Assembly: GCA_017396125.1 (NCBI GenBank)
Contig: JAFQMX010000040.1
Span: 1 to 54,982, forward strand
Length of the DNA: 54,982 bases
DNA from: Clostridia bacterium
GTDB taxonomy: Bacteria; Bacillota; Clostridia; Christensenellales; Pumilibacteraceae
Reading direction: 5' to 3'
The position numbers were made by a program, and so were the translations under genes. Below, in pieces: positions 17,894 through 26,349 of the stretch (positions are counted from its first letter, which is position 1; every line of letters begins with the position of its first letter). The notes beneath the pieces were generated by a model that was not told where the DNA came from, made no database searches, and saw nothing but the letters and a program-made list of their open reading frames with translations.

Positions 17894-18573
17894 GAAAAAA
17901 TACGGGAAAAATTATTTTGTGCGTTGTAGCGACGATTATTTTGATAGCCGCCGGTTTTTATATGCTCAAGCTCGACAAGGATATGAATGACAGAATAAGC
18001 AGATTGAAAAAGGGCACAAGGGTTGAAGTGGTTGTCAGCGAATTGCCGACTGGTAATTACTCGTCTGATACCGAAAAATATATTTGGAAGTATTCGTACG
18101 TTGATGCCAACGGAAAAACCGTAACTACGACTACTGCTGGTAGATACACCCGTGCCGAAGTAGAGGCGACCTACTACAAAATGAACGTTTTGGTTGCGGG
18201 AACTGAAAGCGCTGAAGAACAGTACGTTATGACGGTAAAAAAAGAGAATTATGACGGAGCGATTATTTATTATTGCTTGGCGCTAGTTCCTCTTATGCTT
18301 ATTGCGTGGCTGATCGTAGAAAGACGCCTTTACGAAGAGGTTTTGAAAAAGGGTGAGGTGCGTTACGCCGAGTTTGTGGGCGCGTTTAGAGAGGGTGCGT
18401 ACTACAAGGTTAAGTTTGCGTACGAGCAAGACGGCAAGCGAGTGGTCAAATCCACCAAGCCTGCCTATACGATTAACGCCGTAGAAGTGTTTAAGGATAA
18501 CGGAGTGATAGAGATTAAATGCTACAAAAATCGTGCAGTAATTTCGCAAAGGATTTTCGGAATAAAGAACTGA
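17890..18573 (+). CDS. two-TM membrane protein with two beta-rich extramembrane segments
   Basis: ATGA overlap with the upstream gene. TM helices near residues 8-28 and 130-150. Confidence 0.55.
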   Translation: MRKNTGKIILCVVATIILIAAGFYMLKLDKDMNDRISRLKKGTRVEVVVSELPTGNYSSDTEKYIWKYSYVDANGKTVTTTTAGRYTRAEVEATYYKMNVLVAGTESAEEQYVMTVKKENYDGAIIYYCLALVPLMLIAWLIVERRLYEEVLKKGEVRYAEFVGAFREGAYYKVKFAYEQDGKRVVKSTKPAYTINAVEVFKDNGVIEIKCYKNRAVISQRIFGIKN

Positions 18574-18672
18574 TTGTAGGTGCGATTATGTGTTAGCGCG
18601 GAGATTGATGCGCGGCTTTGGGTCATGAAAATCCCAGTACGTATGCGAAAAATTGTGACATAAGAAAAAAAT

Positions 18673-18707
18673 AACCGCTTTTTTGGACAAGAAAAGGCGG
18701 TTTTTTG
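18673..18707 (+). terminator. rho-independent terminator
   Basis: AACCGCTTTT / AAAAGGCGGTT stem (1 bulge), followed by T6. Confidence 0.7.
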
Positions 18708-18838
18708 TGCGAATTTTTTTGGCGGTGCGGGGTTTGTAGCAGCTTTTAGGGGTAGCTTGGAGCGCACCAAGGGATAGATACGAGAATAGTATGTTTAGTG
18801 ACAAAATATTACGACTGTAAAATTTACATACTAGTTTT

Positions 18839-20383
18839 ATGAAGAAAAAAGAAATTATGGGTAGCGGTGGGGTTTTGATGGTTTTTATGCTCGCCGCAAA
18901 AGGAATCGGCGCGTTGTTTCGCATTCCGCTGACTAATATCGTGGGCGCGGAGGGCATGGGCTTGTACCAGATGGTGTACCCGTTTTACGCGCTTTTGCTC
19001 ACCGTAAGCAGCGGTGGTCTTCCTGCCGCTATCAGCAAAATAGTTGCGTCAAAAAATGACGAGAGAGCGTCATTGCGAGTGCTTAAGGTGGCGGTGATTG
19101 CGTTGGCGATTATAGGCGGAGTGACTGCTCTTGCCGTGCTGATTTTGCGCAAATTTATCGCTACGGTGCAGGGTAATTCCCTGGCAGGAGTTGCATATTT
19201 GGGAATAGCGCCCGCGGTGCTTTTCGTGTGCGTTATTTCGGTGCTGAGAGGCTATTTTCAGGGCAGACGAAACATGGTGCCCAGCGGAATAAGCCAGATG
19301 GTTGAGCAGGTTTTTAAGCTGGTTTTTGGGCTGTTTTTTGCCTCGCTAATGGTGAAAAGGGGTGTGGAGTACGGCGTGCTGGGCGCGCTGCTCGGCGTGA
19401 GCTTAAGCGAGCTTTTTGCGCTGGTTTTTTTGCTAGTGTGCCTGCTTTATCACAAAAAAGATTATGACAGACGGACGAGAATTTCGCTTAGTAAGGCTAT
19501 TGAGGCGGGGGAGATGGCAATTCCTTCCATATACCTTGAGCAACGCGCTGTGGAGGTTATAAAAAGCATTTTTCGTATCGCTCTACCCGTAACCTTGTCC
19601 TCGCTGGTGCTACCATTGACGCAGGTGATAGACAGCGTGCTGATAGTTAATTTGCTGTCGCAAAGCGTGCCTGTTACCACCGCCACCGCACTTTTTGGAC
19701 TGATAAACGGGCCCATTGGGTCGCTGATTAATATGCCCACCGTGCTCACTATGTCGCTTGGGGTTTCGCTACTGCCGAAAATTGCTGCTGCTACCGACAA
19801 AAAAGCGGAGTACGGCGCGTCAGCGCTCAAGGTCGCCATGACCATTGCTTTGCCGTGTACAGTGGTGTTTTTGTTCTTTTCGCGAGAAATTTTGACCGTG
19901 CTGTACAGCCGGGGATTGAGCGACGAGCAGATAGAAATCGGCGCTCATCTACTGCGCATTGGCTCGCTTTCCGTGACCTATATTGCGCTTATTCAGGTGG
20001 CGACGAGCTGTTTGCAGGCGGTGGACAAGGCTCATTTGCCTGCCATTAACCTGATTATCGGCGCGGTAATCAAGGTTGCGCTGACAGTACTGCTACTGCA
20101 ATTCGGCTCGATAACGGGCGCTATGGTGGCGAGCGTAACCTGCTACGCAGTCACGGCGCTACTGAATTTTGTGCAGATGAAAAAGCACTTTCCGCTTGGG
20201 TGCGAAAAAAAGTGGTTGCTTGCTTTGCCCGTTGCGGTAACGGTTTTTGGACTGGCTAAACTGGCGTACGGAGGTTTTAATTTCCGATACGGCGCGGTGG
20301 TGGCGATATTCGTAGCCGTGGTGTGCTACGCCGTGGCGCTCTTGTCCATGCGCCTTGTAAAAATCAAGGAGTTTTTTGCTTAA
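18839..20383 (+). CDS. MOP-superfamily polysaccharide/lipid II flippase (SpoVB/YtgP-like)
   Basis: About 14 TM helices. N-terminus KGIGALFRIPLTNIVGAEGMGLYQMVYPFY is typical of SpoVB-type polysaccharide biosynthesis proteins. Confidence 0.8.
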   Translation: MKKKEIMGSGGVLMVFMLAAKGIGALFRIPLTNIVGAEGMGLYQMVYPFYALLLTVSSGGLPAAISKIVASKNDERASLRVLKVAVIALAIIGGVTALAVLILRKFIATVQGNSLAGVAYLGIAPAVLFVCVISVLRGYFQGRRNMVPSGISQMVEQVFKLVFGLFFASLMVKRGVEYGVLGALLGVSLSELFALVFLLVCLLYHKKDYDRRTRISLSKAIEAGEMAIPSIYLEQRAVEVIKSIFRIALPVTLSSLVLPLTQVIDSVLIVNLLSQSVPVTTATALFGLINGPIGSLINMPTVLTMSLGVSLLPKIAAATDKKAEYGASALKVAMTIALPCTVVFLFFSREILTVLYSRGLSDEQIEIGAHLLRIGSLSVTYIALIQVATSCLQAVDKAHLPAINLIIGAVIKVALTVLLLQFGSITGAMVASVTCYAVTALLNFVQMKKHFPLGCEKKWLLALPVAVTVFGLAKLAYGGFNFRYGAVVAIFVAVVCYAVALLSMRLVKIKEFFA

Positions 20384-20490
20384 GGCATATTTTTAGAGGT
20401 TTTTTTATAAATAAAAGCCGTTTTCGTTTGGAACGCGCTTTACGTTTGCGCTATCGTGCGCTGTTTTTGGTGAATTTCAACGGAGATGGG

Positions 20491-22242
20491 TTACTCGACC
20501 GTGACGGACTTGGCGAGATTGCGCGGTTTGTCTATGTCGCAACCCTTGGCGAGCGCGATATAATAGGCGAAAATTTGAAGCTCGGCGACACTGAGCAGTG
20601 ACGCTAGCGGTGACGGCGGTACGGGAACGAAGTAGTCCGACGCTTCCTTTAGTCCGTAGCCGCTTAGCGACGAGAAGGTGATTACCGTGCCTCCGCGAGA
20701 GCGCACCTCGATTATGTTGCCCAGCGTTTTTGATCCCGTCGAAGGATCGTTGGCGAGCACAATTACCGGAACGCCTGGTGTGATGAGCGAGATACTGCCG
20801 TGTTTTAGTTCGCCGGCAGCGTAGGCTTCGGCACAAATGTACGAAATTTCTTTTAGCTTAAGCGCGCCCTCGCGTGCGGCGGGAAAATCGTCGCCACGTC
20901 CCATAAACATCACGTACGGACAAGTGTAAAAGCGCGAGCAGAGAGGTTGAATTAGGTCGGTAGAATTTAGCGCGGTTTTTAGATCGCGTCCAAAATTTTC
21001 GATACCGTATAGCAAACTTTTGTCCATAGAGTGGCTTAAGCCTATCAAATAGGCGACGATAACCTGAGTCAGAAAGCCTTTTGTGGTAGCAACTGCGCGC
21101 TCCACTCCCGCCTCGGTATATAGTGGCGTGCAGATGCGCGATAGAGTAGAGTTTTTTTGATTTACGATACAGTACGCATCCATACCTTGAGCCTTGGCGT
21201 GATTGATTGCGCTTATGGTGTCTGCAGTTTCGCCAGACTGACTTATGGCAATAACCGCTCTGCCATTTTGGGAGGGAATCTGCCGATATCGGAATTCGCT
21301 GGCAAGCTCCACGTCGACAGGAATCCCTGCCACCCTCTCGATAAAATACTTTGCCATAAGCCCTGCGTGAAACGCTGAACCGCAGGCTACGATGCTGAGT
21401 CGCTCGTAATTTTTTAGCGGCAAAGAAATGTGCCCGTCTACGATATACTTGCGCAAGGTTTTGTCCACGGCGGTGGGTTGCTCGTAAATTTCCTTTAGCA
21501 TATAGTGAGAATACCCGCCCTTGTCAAAGGTGTTTTGCTCTACACGCACCGTTTGGGGCGTTTTTTTTATGGGTTCGAGATTTGTGTTGTAGAAATTGCA
21601 GCTTTCTGCACAAAGCTCCACCAGCTCGTCGCACTCGGGCAGTACGAATTTATTCGTCAGATGCGAAATCGCGGGCATATCGGAGGCAATCATATTAAAA
21701 TTTTCGCCCAGACCTATTATGAGTGGATTTTCGCGACGTATAGCGTAAATTTTGTTTTCTCCGCTCCTCACGATGCCCAGTGCAAACGAGCCGACCAGCC
21801 TGCGAGTAGCCTTTACTACGGCGCGCGCCGTATCTCCGCGGTAGTAGTAGCCTATTAGCTTGGCTATGACCTCGGTGTCGGTTTCGGAATAAAATTCAAA
21901 ACCGCGCTGAAGTAAAAAGTCCTTTAGCTCGGCAAAGTTTTCTATTATTCCGTTGTGGACTACGGCAAAATCTCCGCCTGAAGACAAGTGTGGATGGCAG
22001 TTTTGCTCGTTGGCAATACCGTGCGTAGCCCACCTGGTGTGACCGATTGCCGTGGTTGCACGCTCGCCGAGCACCTTTTGCTCCAAAGCCTTGACTCTTC
22101 CCACGGCTTTGATAGTCTTTATACCGTCGCTGACCAGAGCGATACCGCTGGAATCGTAACCACGGTATTCCAGTCGTTTTAGTCCGTCCACCACGGTTTG
22201 TACTACGCTATGGTTTGCCGTGCAACCGATTATTCCGCACAT
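20491..22242 (-). CDS. glmS: glutamine--fructose-6-phosphate aminotransferase
   Basis: MCGIIGC N-terminal nucleophile, two SIS domains, C-terminal KSVTVE. SD GGAGG. Confidence 0.95.
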   Translation of the reverse strand: MCGIIGCTANHSVVQTVVDGLKRLEYRGYDSSGIALVSDGIKTIKAVGRVKALEQKVLGERATTAIGHTRWATHGIANEQNCHPHLSSGGDFAVVHNGIIENFAELKDFLLQRGFEFYSETDTEVIAKLIGYYYRGDTARAVVKATRRLVGSFALGIVRSGENKIYAIRRENPLIIGLGENFNMIASDMPAISHLTNKFVLPECDELVELCAESCNFYNTNLEPIKKTPQTVRVEQNTFDKGGYSHYMLKEIYEQPTAVDKTLRKYIVDGHISLPLKNYERLSIVACGSAFHAGLMAKYFIERVAGIPVDVELASEFRYRQIPSQNGRAVIAISQSGETADTISAINHAKAQGMDAYCIVNQKNSTLSRICTPLYTEAGVERAVATTKGFLTQVIVAYLIGLSHSMDKSLLYGIENFGRDLKTALNSTDLIQPLCSRFYTCPYVMFMGRGDDFPAAREGALKLKEISYICAEAYAAGELKHGSISLITPGVPVIVLANDPSTGSKTLGNIIEVRSRGGTVITFSSLSGYGLKEASDYFVPVPPSPLASLLSVAELQIFAYYIALAKGCDIDKPRNLAKSVTVE

Positions 22243-22454
22243 AAGCACCTCCGCAAAAAAAACAAGTCAGTAATATATATTCCCTCAGGAAAAAAAGGTA
22301 ACGAAAATTTTGTGGCGCAGAAAATGCGCGAGGGGATTTTGGTAAAGCGAATTTTGTCTTTAATGGTAGCCAGTTGTGTGATAAAAAATTTTGGTACTTT
22401 GGCAGTGATACGGGCATAGATTAGTAGGGTAAAATAAAGTTTGACGGAGAATTT

Positions 22455-23714
22455 ATGCTGGGATTCGGAACGGACGGAATCAGAGGTACGAGCGCGCAAC
22501 TCAACGAAACGTTGGCATACAAGGTGGGGCTTGCGCTGTCCACTCTTATGGGTAGTGGAAAATATTTGGTGGGTAGAGACACCAGGGTGGGCGGTGACGC
22601 GCTGTCTGACGCTATTATGTGTGGAATTTGCGCCGGCGGTGGCGAGTGCATTGACCTTGGGGTTGTTACAACGCCCTGTGTTTCCATGCTTACCGTTCTT
22701 CTCGAAATGCGGTGCGGCGTTATGGTAACCGCCTCACACAACGGCCCTGAGTATAACGGAATCAAAATTTTCGGCAATGACGGTCTTAAGCTAAGCAGAA
22801 TAGAAGAAAAGCAAATTGAAAGCTACATGCTTTTTGCTAAGCCTCGCGGAAGAAAAATCAGGTGCAAAAAATTGCTTTCGGGTGCGGAAATTTATATAAG
22901 CGAAATGGTGCGAAGAGTTGGCAGGCTTGATGGCGCGCAGGTGGTTTTGGACGCGGCTCATGGAAGTGCGTGCACGATTGCAAAAAAGGCTTTTTCGCTT
23001 GCTGGGGCTAGCGTCAAGGTGCGCAATAATTTGCCAGACGGCTCGAGAATTAACCTTGGGTGCGGTGCGCTTTTTCCACGCGCGATAAAAAACGCGGAGC
23101 TGGGATTTGCCTTTGACGGCGACGCAGACAGGGTGACGGTTGCGCACAAAAAGAGCATTTTGGACGGGGACAGCGTGCTGTACACTTTGAGCGAAAGCCT
23201 TGCGCTAAAAGACGATATGGTGGTGGGTACGGTTATGAGCAATCTTGCTCTCGAGCGCGCGCTTAAAAGCCGTGGAAAAAGGCTGGTTCGCACCGACGTA
23301 GGCGACAAATTTATCAGCGCGGTGATGCACGAAAATGGCTACACTTTGGGAGGAGAGCAAAGCGGTCACTACGTAATTTCTCCCTACAAAACGGGGGACG
23401 GAATTTTTTGCGCGCTAAAGATGACGGAGATTTATTTGCGCGGAGGGTTCAAAATTCTCGATACCGTACCGCAAAAAAGTGTATCTTTTTATGCTGACCG
23501 CGACGTAACGGCGCTGGACGGAGTAAACGAGCTTATTGACTATTATTCGCTTAAAGGTGTGCGACTGGTGGTGCGTATGAGTGGTACTGAGCCCAAGGTG
23601 CGCATTATGGCGGAGAGTGAGGACGAAGCGATCGTAGAGCGTGCGCTGAAGGATTTTTCCGCTTTGCTGGGCGGTAAAACAAACGCGGTTAGATGGCAAA
23701 ACAAGCAAATTTAG
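22455..23714 (+). CDS. glmM: phosphoglucosamine mutase
   Basis: FGTDGIRG, TASHNGPEYNGIK (phospho-Ser loop), FDGDADR and GEQSGH motifs. Confidence 0.9.
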   Translation: MLGFGTDGIRGTSAQLNETLAYKVGLALSTLMGSGKYLVGRDTRVGGDALSDAIMCGICAGGGECIDLGVVTTPCVSMLTVLLEMRCGVMVTASHNGPEYNGIKIFGNDGLKLSRIEEKQIESYMLFAKPRGRKIRCKKLLSGAEIYISEMVRRVGRLDGAQVVLDAAHGSACTIAKKAFSLAGASVKVRNNLPDGSRINLGCGALFPRAIKNAELGFAFDGDADRVTVAHKKSILDGDSVLYTLSESLALKDDMVVGTVMSNLALERALKSRGKRLVRTDVGDKFISAVMHENGYTLGGEQSGHYVISPYKTGDGIFCALKMTEIYLRGGFKILDTVPQKSVSFYADRDVTALDGVNELIDYYSLKGVRLVVRMSGTEPKVRIMAESEDEAIVERALKDFSALLGGKTNAVRWQNKQI

Positions 23715-23798
23715 CTAGTAAAAACAAGCGTTTTTGGTTGAAAAATTTGGGCTGATAATTTGGCTGGGTGGCTACGAGGATAGATTTTGGGAGGGAAA

Positions 23799-24872
23799 AT
23801 GAAAGTAGCGGTGTTTTTTGGCGGGCGTTCGTCCGAGCACGATATTAGCGTTTTGACGGGGATTCTTACCGTCAATTCCATAAAGGAGCACGAGGTGTTT
23901 CCTATCTATATAGGTAAAGACGGAAGGTGGCGGTATTCACCAAAGTTTACTTCGGTAAACGCGCTGGACAAAAGGTTTAAGGAGGTGTGCTTGCACCCAT
24001 TTGACAAGGGACTTTTTACTCTCGGCGGAAAGCGAATTTGCAATCTTGACGTTTGTTTAATTTGCTGTCACGGCGCGTACGGAGAGGACGGCGCACTGGC
24101 AGGCGTGCTGGAGCACAGCGATATTCCTTATGCGCCGGGTGGTGTTTTGTCGGGTGCGGTGGGCATGGACAAGGTTACGCAAAAGCGAGTATTTCGTGAT
24201 GCGGGAATAAGCGTTTTGGATTTCTTTTCGGTGGAGAAATTTGACTACCGCGAGGGGATTTTTGATTACTCGGCCGCGCTTAAGGATAAATTTCCGGTAA
24301 TCGTAAAGCCTTCGTCGGCAGGGAGCAGTATCGGAATAGGAATTGCGAGGGATTACGCGGAGTTTTTTGCGGTTGCGGACAAGGCGTTTGCTTACGACGA
24401 CCGAATTATCGTTGAGCACGCCCTGCAGGATTACAAGGAATACAACTGCGCGGTGCTGGGCATGGGAGATACTTTGGTCGTCAGCCAAATCGAACAGCCC
24501 GTGAGCAAAAAGGAGTTTTTGGATTATAGCGAAAAATATTCGTATTCGGGTGGGGCGCAAAGGATTTTTCCTGCTGAAGTGGATGAGAATTTGCGCGAGC
24601 TCATGCAGGAGCAGGCTAAGCTGGCTTTTCGCGCGCTGAAGTGCTACGGTGTTGCGAGAGTGGATTTTTTGTATGACGGTCAGCTTTATCTCAACGAAAT
24701 AAACACCGTGCCCGGCTCTATGTCCAGCTATTTATTTGACTACGACAAAATTAATTTTTCTGCGCTTAGTAAGAGCCTTATTGATATCGCAATAAAGGCT
24801 CACACCGAAAAATCCAAGCTAAAGCGGGCGACCGACGGACAGCTTTTGCTTGATACGCGACTTTTGAAATAA
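23799..24872 (+). CDS. ddl: D-alanine--D-alanine ligase
   Basis: MKVAVFFGGRSSEHDISV, HGAYGEDG, ATP-grasp core and EINTVPG motif. SD GGGAGGG. Confidence 0.9.
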   Translation: MKVAVFFGGRSSEHDISVLTGILTVNSIKEHEVFPIYIGKDGRWRYSPKFTSVNALDKRFKEVCLHPFDKGLFTLGGKRICNLDVCLICCHGAYGEDGALAGVLEHSDIPYAPGGVLSGAVGMDKVTQKRVFRDAGISVLDFFSVEKFDYREGIFDYSAALKDKFPVIVKPSSAGSSIGIGIARDYAEFFAVADKAFAYDDRIIVEHALQDYKEYNCAVLGMGDTLVVSQIEQPVSKKEFLDYSEKYSYSGGAQRIFPAEVDENLRELMQEQAKLAFRALKCYGVARVDFLYDGQLYLNEINTVPGSMSSYLFDYDKINFSALSKSLIDIAIKAHTEKSKLKRATDGQLLLDTRLLK

Positions 24873-25003
24873 AAAAGAGTATTTTGTCGGTAAACGAAAA
24901 GCGCCACCAAAAAATAAATTTTAGTGGCACAAAATAAATAAGTGGACTAACTGTTGTCCGCATAAAAGTGCTATAGTGTTGGTGTAATAAGGAGCCAACA
25001 GAA

Positions 25004-25513
25004 ATGAAAAACTGGATTTTAACTTTATTTACCGTAAACCCTCTGCTGGAGCGCATGACCACGCTGATTGACGAGCGGGTAGAGTCGCTTGCGCTCTCGC
25101 CGATAGGGAATACTTTGGACAAAATGGAGAATATTATTTCGCTTAACGACAAAAAGGTTGCGCTTATCAATCTGCGCGTTATGTACGAGAGCATTTGCAA
25201 AAAGCTGGATGAAGACGAGTTTGCTTTGGTCAAGGGTTGCGCTTTTGGCAAGTCAGTAAGGGACATGTCGGGGTATAGATCCGCTTCGACCTGCTACCGA
25301 AAGCTGAACAAGGCTATCAAAAAGGCAGAGGCTATTTTGCTGGGTTTGGGCTACGACGAGCAAAAAATGGATTATTATAGGCAGTTTCCGTATATCAGAG
25401 CAAAACTTTCGGCTATAAAAAGACGAAATAAAGAAGGCGTGGAGCCTATACGAAACGCCGAACTTCAAGCTAGTTCGGCTTTTGCGCAGTATATTTGCGC
25501 TCAGTCACCGTAG
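25004..25513 (+). CDS. phage-type sigma-70 region-4-like transcriptional regulator (ArpU/DUF1492-like)
   Basis: LDEDEFALVKGCAFGKSVRDMSGYRSASTCYRKLNKAIKKAEAIL looks like a sigma r4 HTH. SD AAGGAG. Confidence 0.45.
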   Translation: MKNWILTLFTVNPLLERMTTLIDERVESLALSPIGNTLDKMENIISLNDKKVALINLRVMYESICKKLDEDEFALVKGCAFGKSVRDMSGYRSASTCYRKLNKAIKKAEAILLGLGYDEQKMDYYRQFPYIRAKLSAIKRRNKEGVEPIRNAELQASSAFAQYICAQSP

Positions 25514-26307
25514 CGTGATTTGCGCTTTTCTCCACCGCGAAATATCAGTAACATTATTATTACGGCAGGCACGCACAGCGTACCGATAAAGATTCCCTCG
25601 AGAGCGTCAGGTTTTATTGATTGCTCTTTTTCTTCGTCCTTTTTTACCACCTTTTCGATAATATTGGCGGTTATGGGCTGGGGAGAAATTTGAGTGGAGT
25701 ACACGTAGCCGTGATAACTTTGCCCGTATCTGACGAAATACCAAGTGCTTATTCCTGCAACGATATCGTCGCCTGGTACCGTTCCGTAGTAGATTCCGCT
25801 GCTAGCGTCGGGAATAACGGTGATTATGGGCGCGTCGGCGTGCGGTGATGAACGCAAATTCACGGGATGCGTATCGTTGTTGGTAATGAATGTGGGCGAA
25901 GCGTATTTGGTTACGGGTTCGTAATCAACAATCTCCACCGAGGTTTTTTCAACGAAGCCTTCGAGGTCGAGGTACGATGCAAGATAATACTGCTCGTTCT
26001 CGCCCGTTACCGTTACGAAGTAGGTGGCAGGGAGCGAGGTAATGACCGAGCCATCGTCGTCTAGCAGTTTTGCGCCGCTACTGCCGATATACGCATAGTC
26101 CAGCCTGCCGTTGCTTTTGGTGTCAGCAACGTCGGAAAATGATTGTGCGTGTGCGGAAAGCGGAAGATTTTTATTGATAGCAGTTGCATAAAGTTGAGGA
26201 ATCTCATTAGCGAGCACGAGATTTTTGCGACAAACGTCTACTGCCGGTGGGAAGTTTAGCGAAAATGCGACGACGAGCGCGGTCAAAAAAAGAAAAATAC
26301 TTTTCAT
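25501..26307 (-). CDS. secreted/membrane-anchored protein with SH3-like repeats
   Basis: N-terminal signal peptide, two SH3_3-like segments (YFVTVTGE..YYLASY; WYFVRYGQSYHGYVY) and a C-terminal TM helix. Confidence 0.55.
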   Translation of the reverse strand: MKSIFLFLTALVVAFSLNFPPAVDVCRKNLVLANEIPQLYATAINKNLPLSAHAQSFSDVADTKSNGRLDYAYIGSSGAKLLDDDGSVITSLPATYFVTVTGENEQYYLASYLDLEGFVEKTSVEIVDYEPVTKYASPTFITNNDTHPVNLRSSPHADAPIITVIPDASSGIYYGTVPGDDIVAGISTWYFVRYGQSYHGYVYSTQISPQPITANIIEKVVKKDEEKEQSIKPDALEGIFIGTLCVPAVIIMLLIFRGGEKRKSRYGD

Positions 26308-26349
26308 ACCTACATTTTAGTACCTTATTACGCAAAAAAGGAGGCGGTT

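Noticed and set aside
18724-18768. GGTGCG...CGCACC hairpin downstream of a terminator, considered as a possible small RNA.
   Set aside because: It is a single 6-bp stem with a poorly paired interior. There is no promoter or terminator pair and nothing resembling a known RNA family, so the evidence is insufficient.
24873-25003. Looked for att-like direct repeats flanking the phage-derived island, comparing this segment with 34658-34750.
   Set aside because: Only trivial A-rich matches of about 8 nt were found. There is no convincing duplicated core, no tRNA target and no integrase, so no attL/attR call is made.
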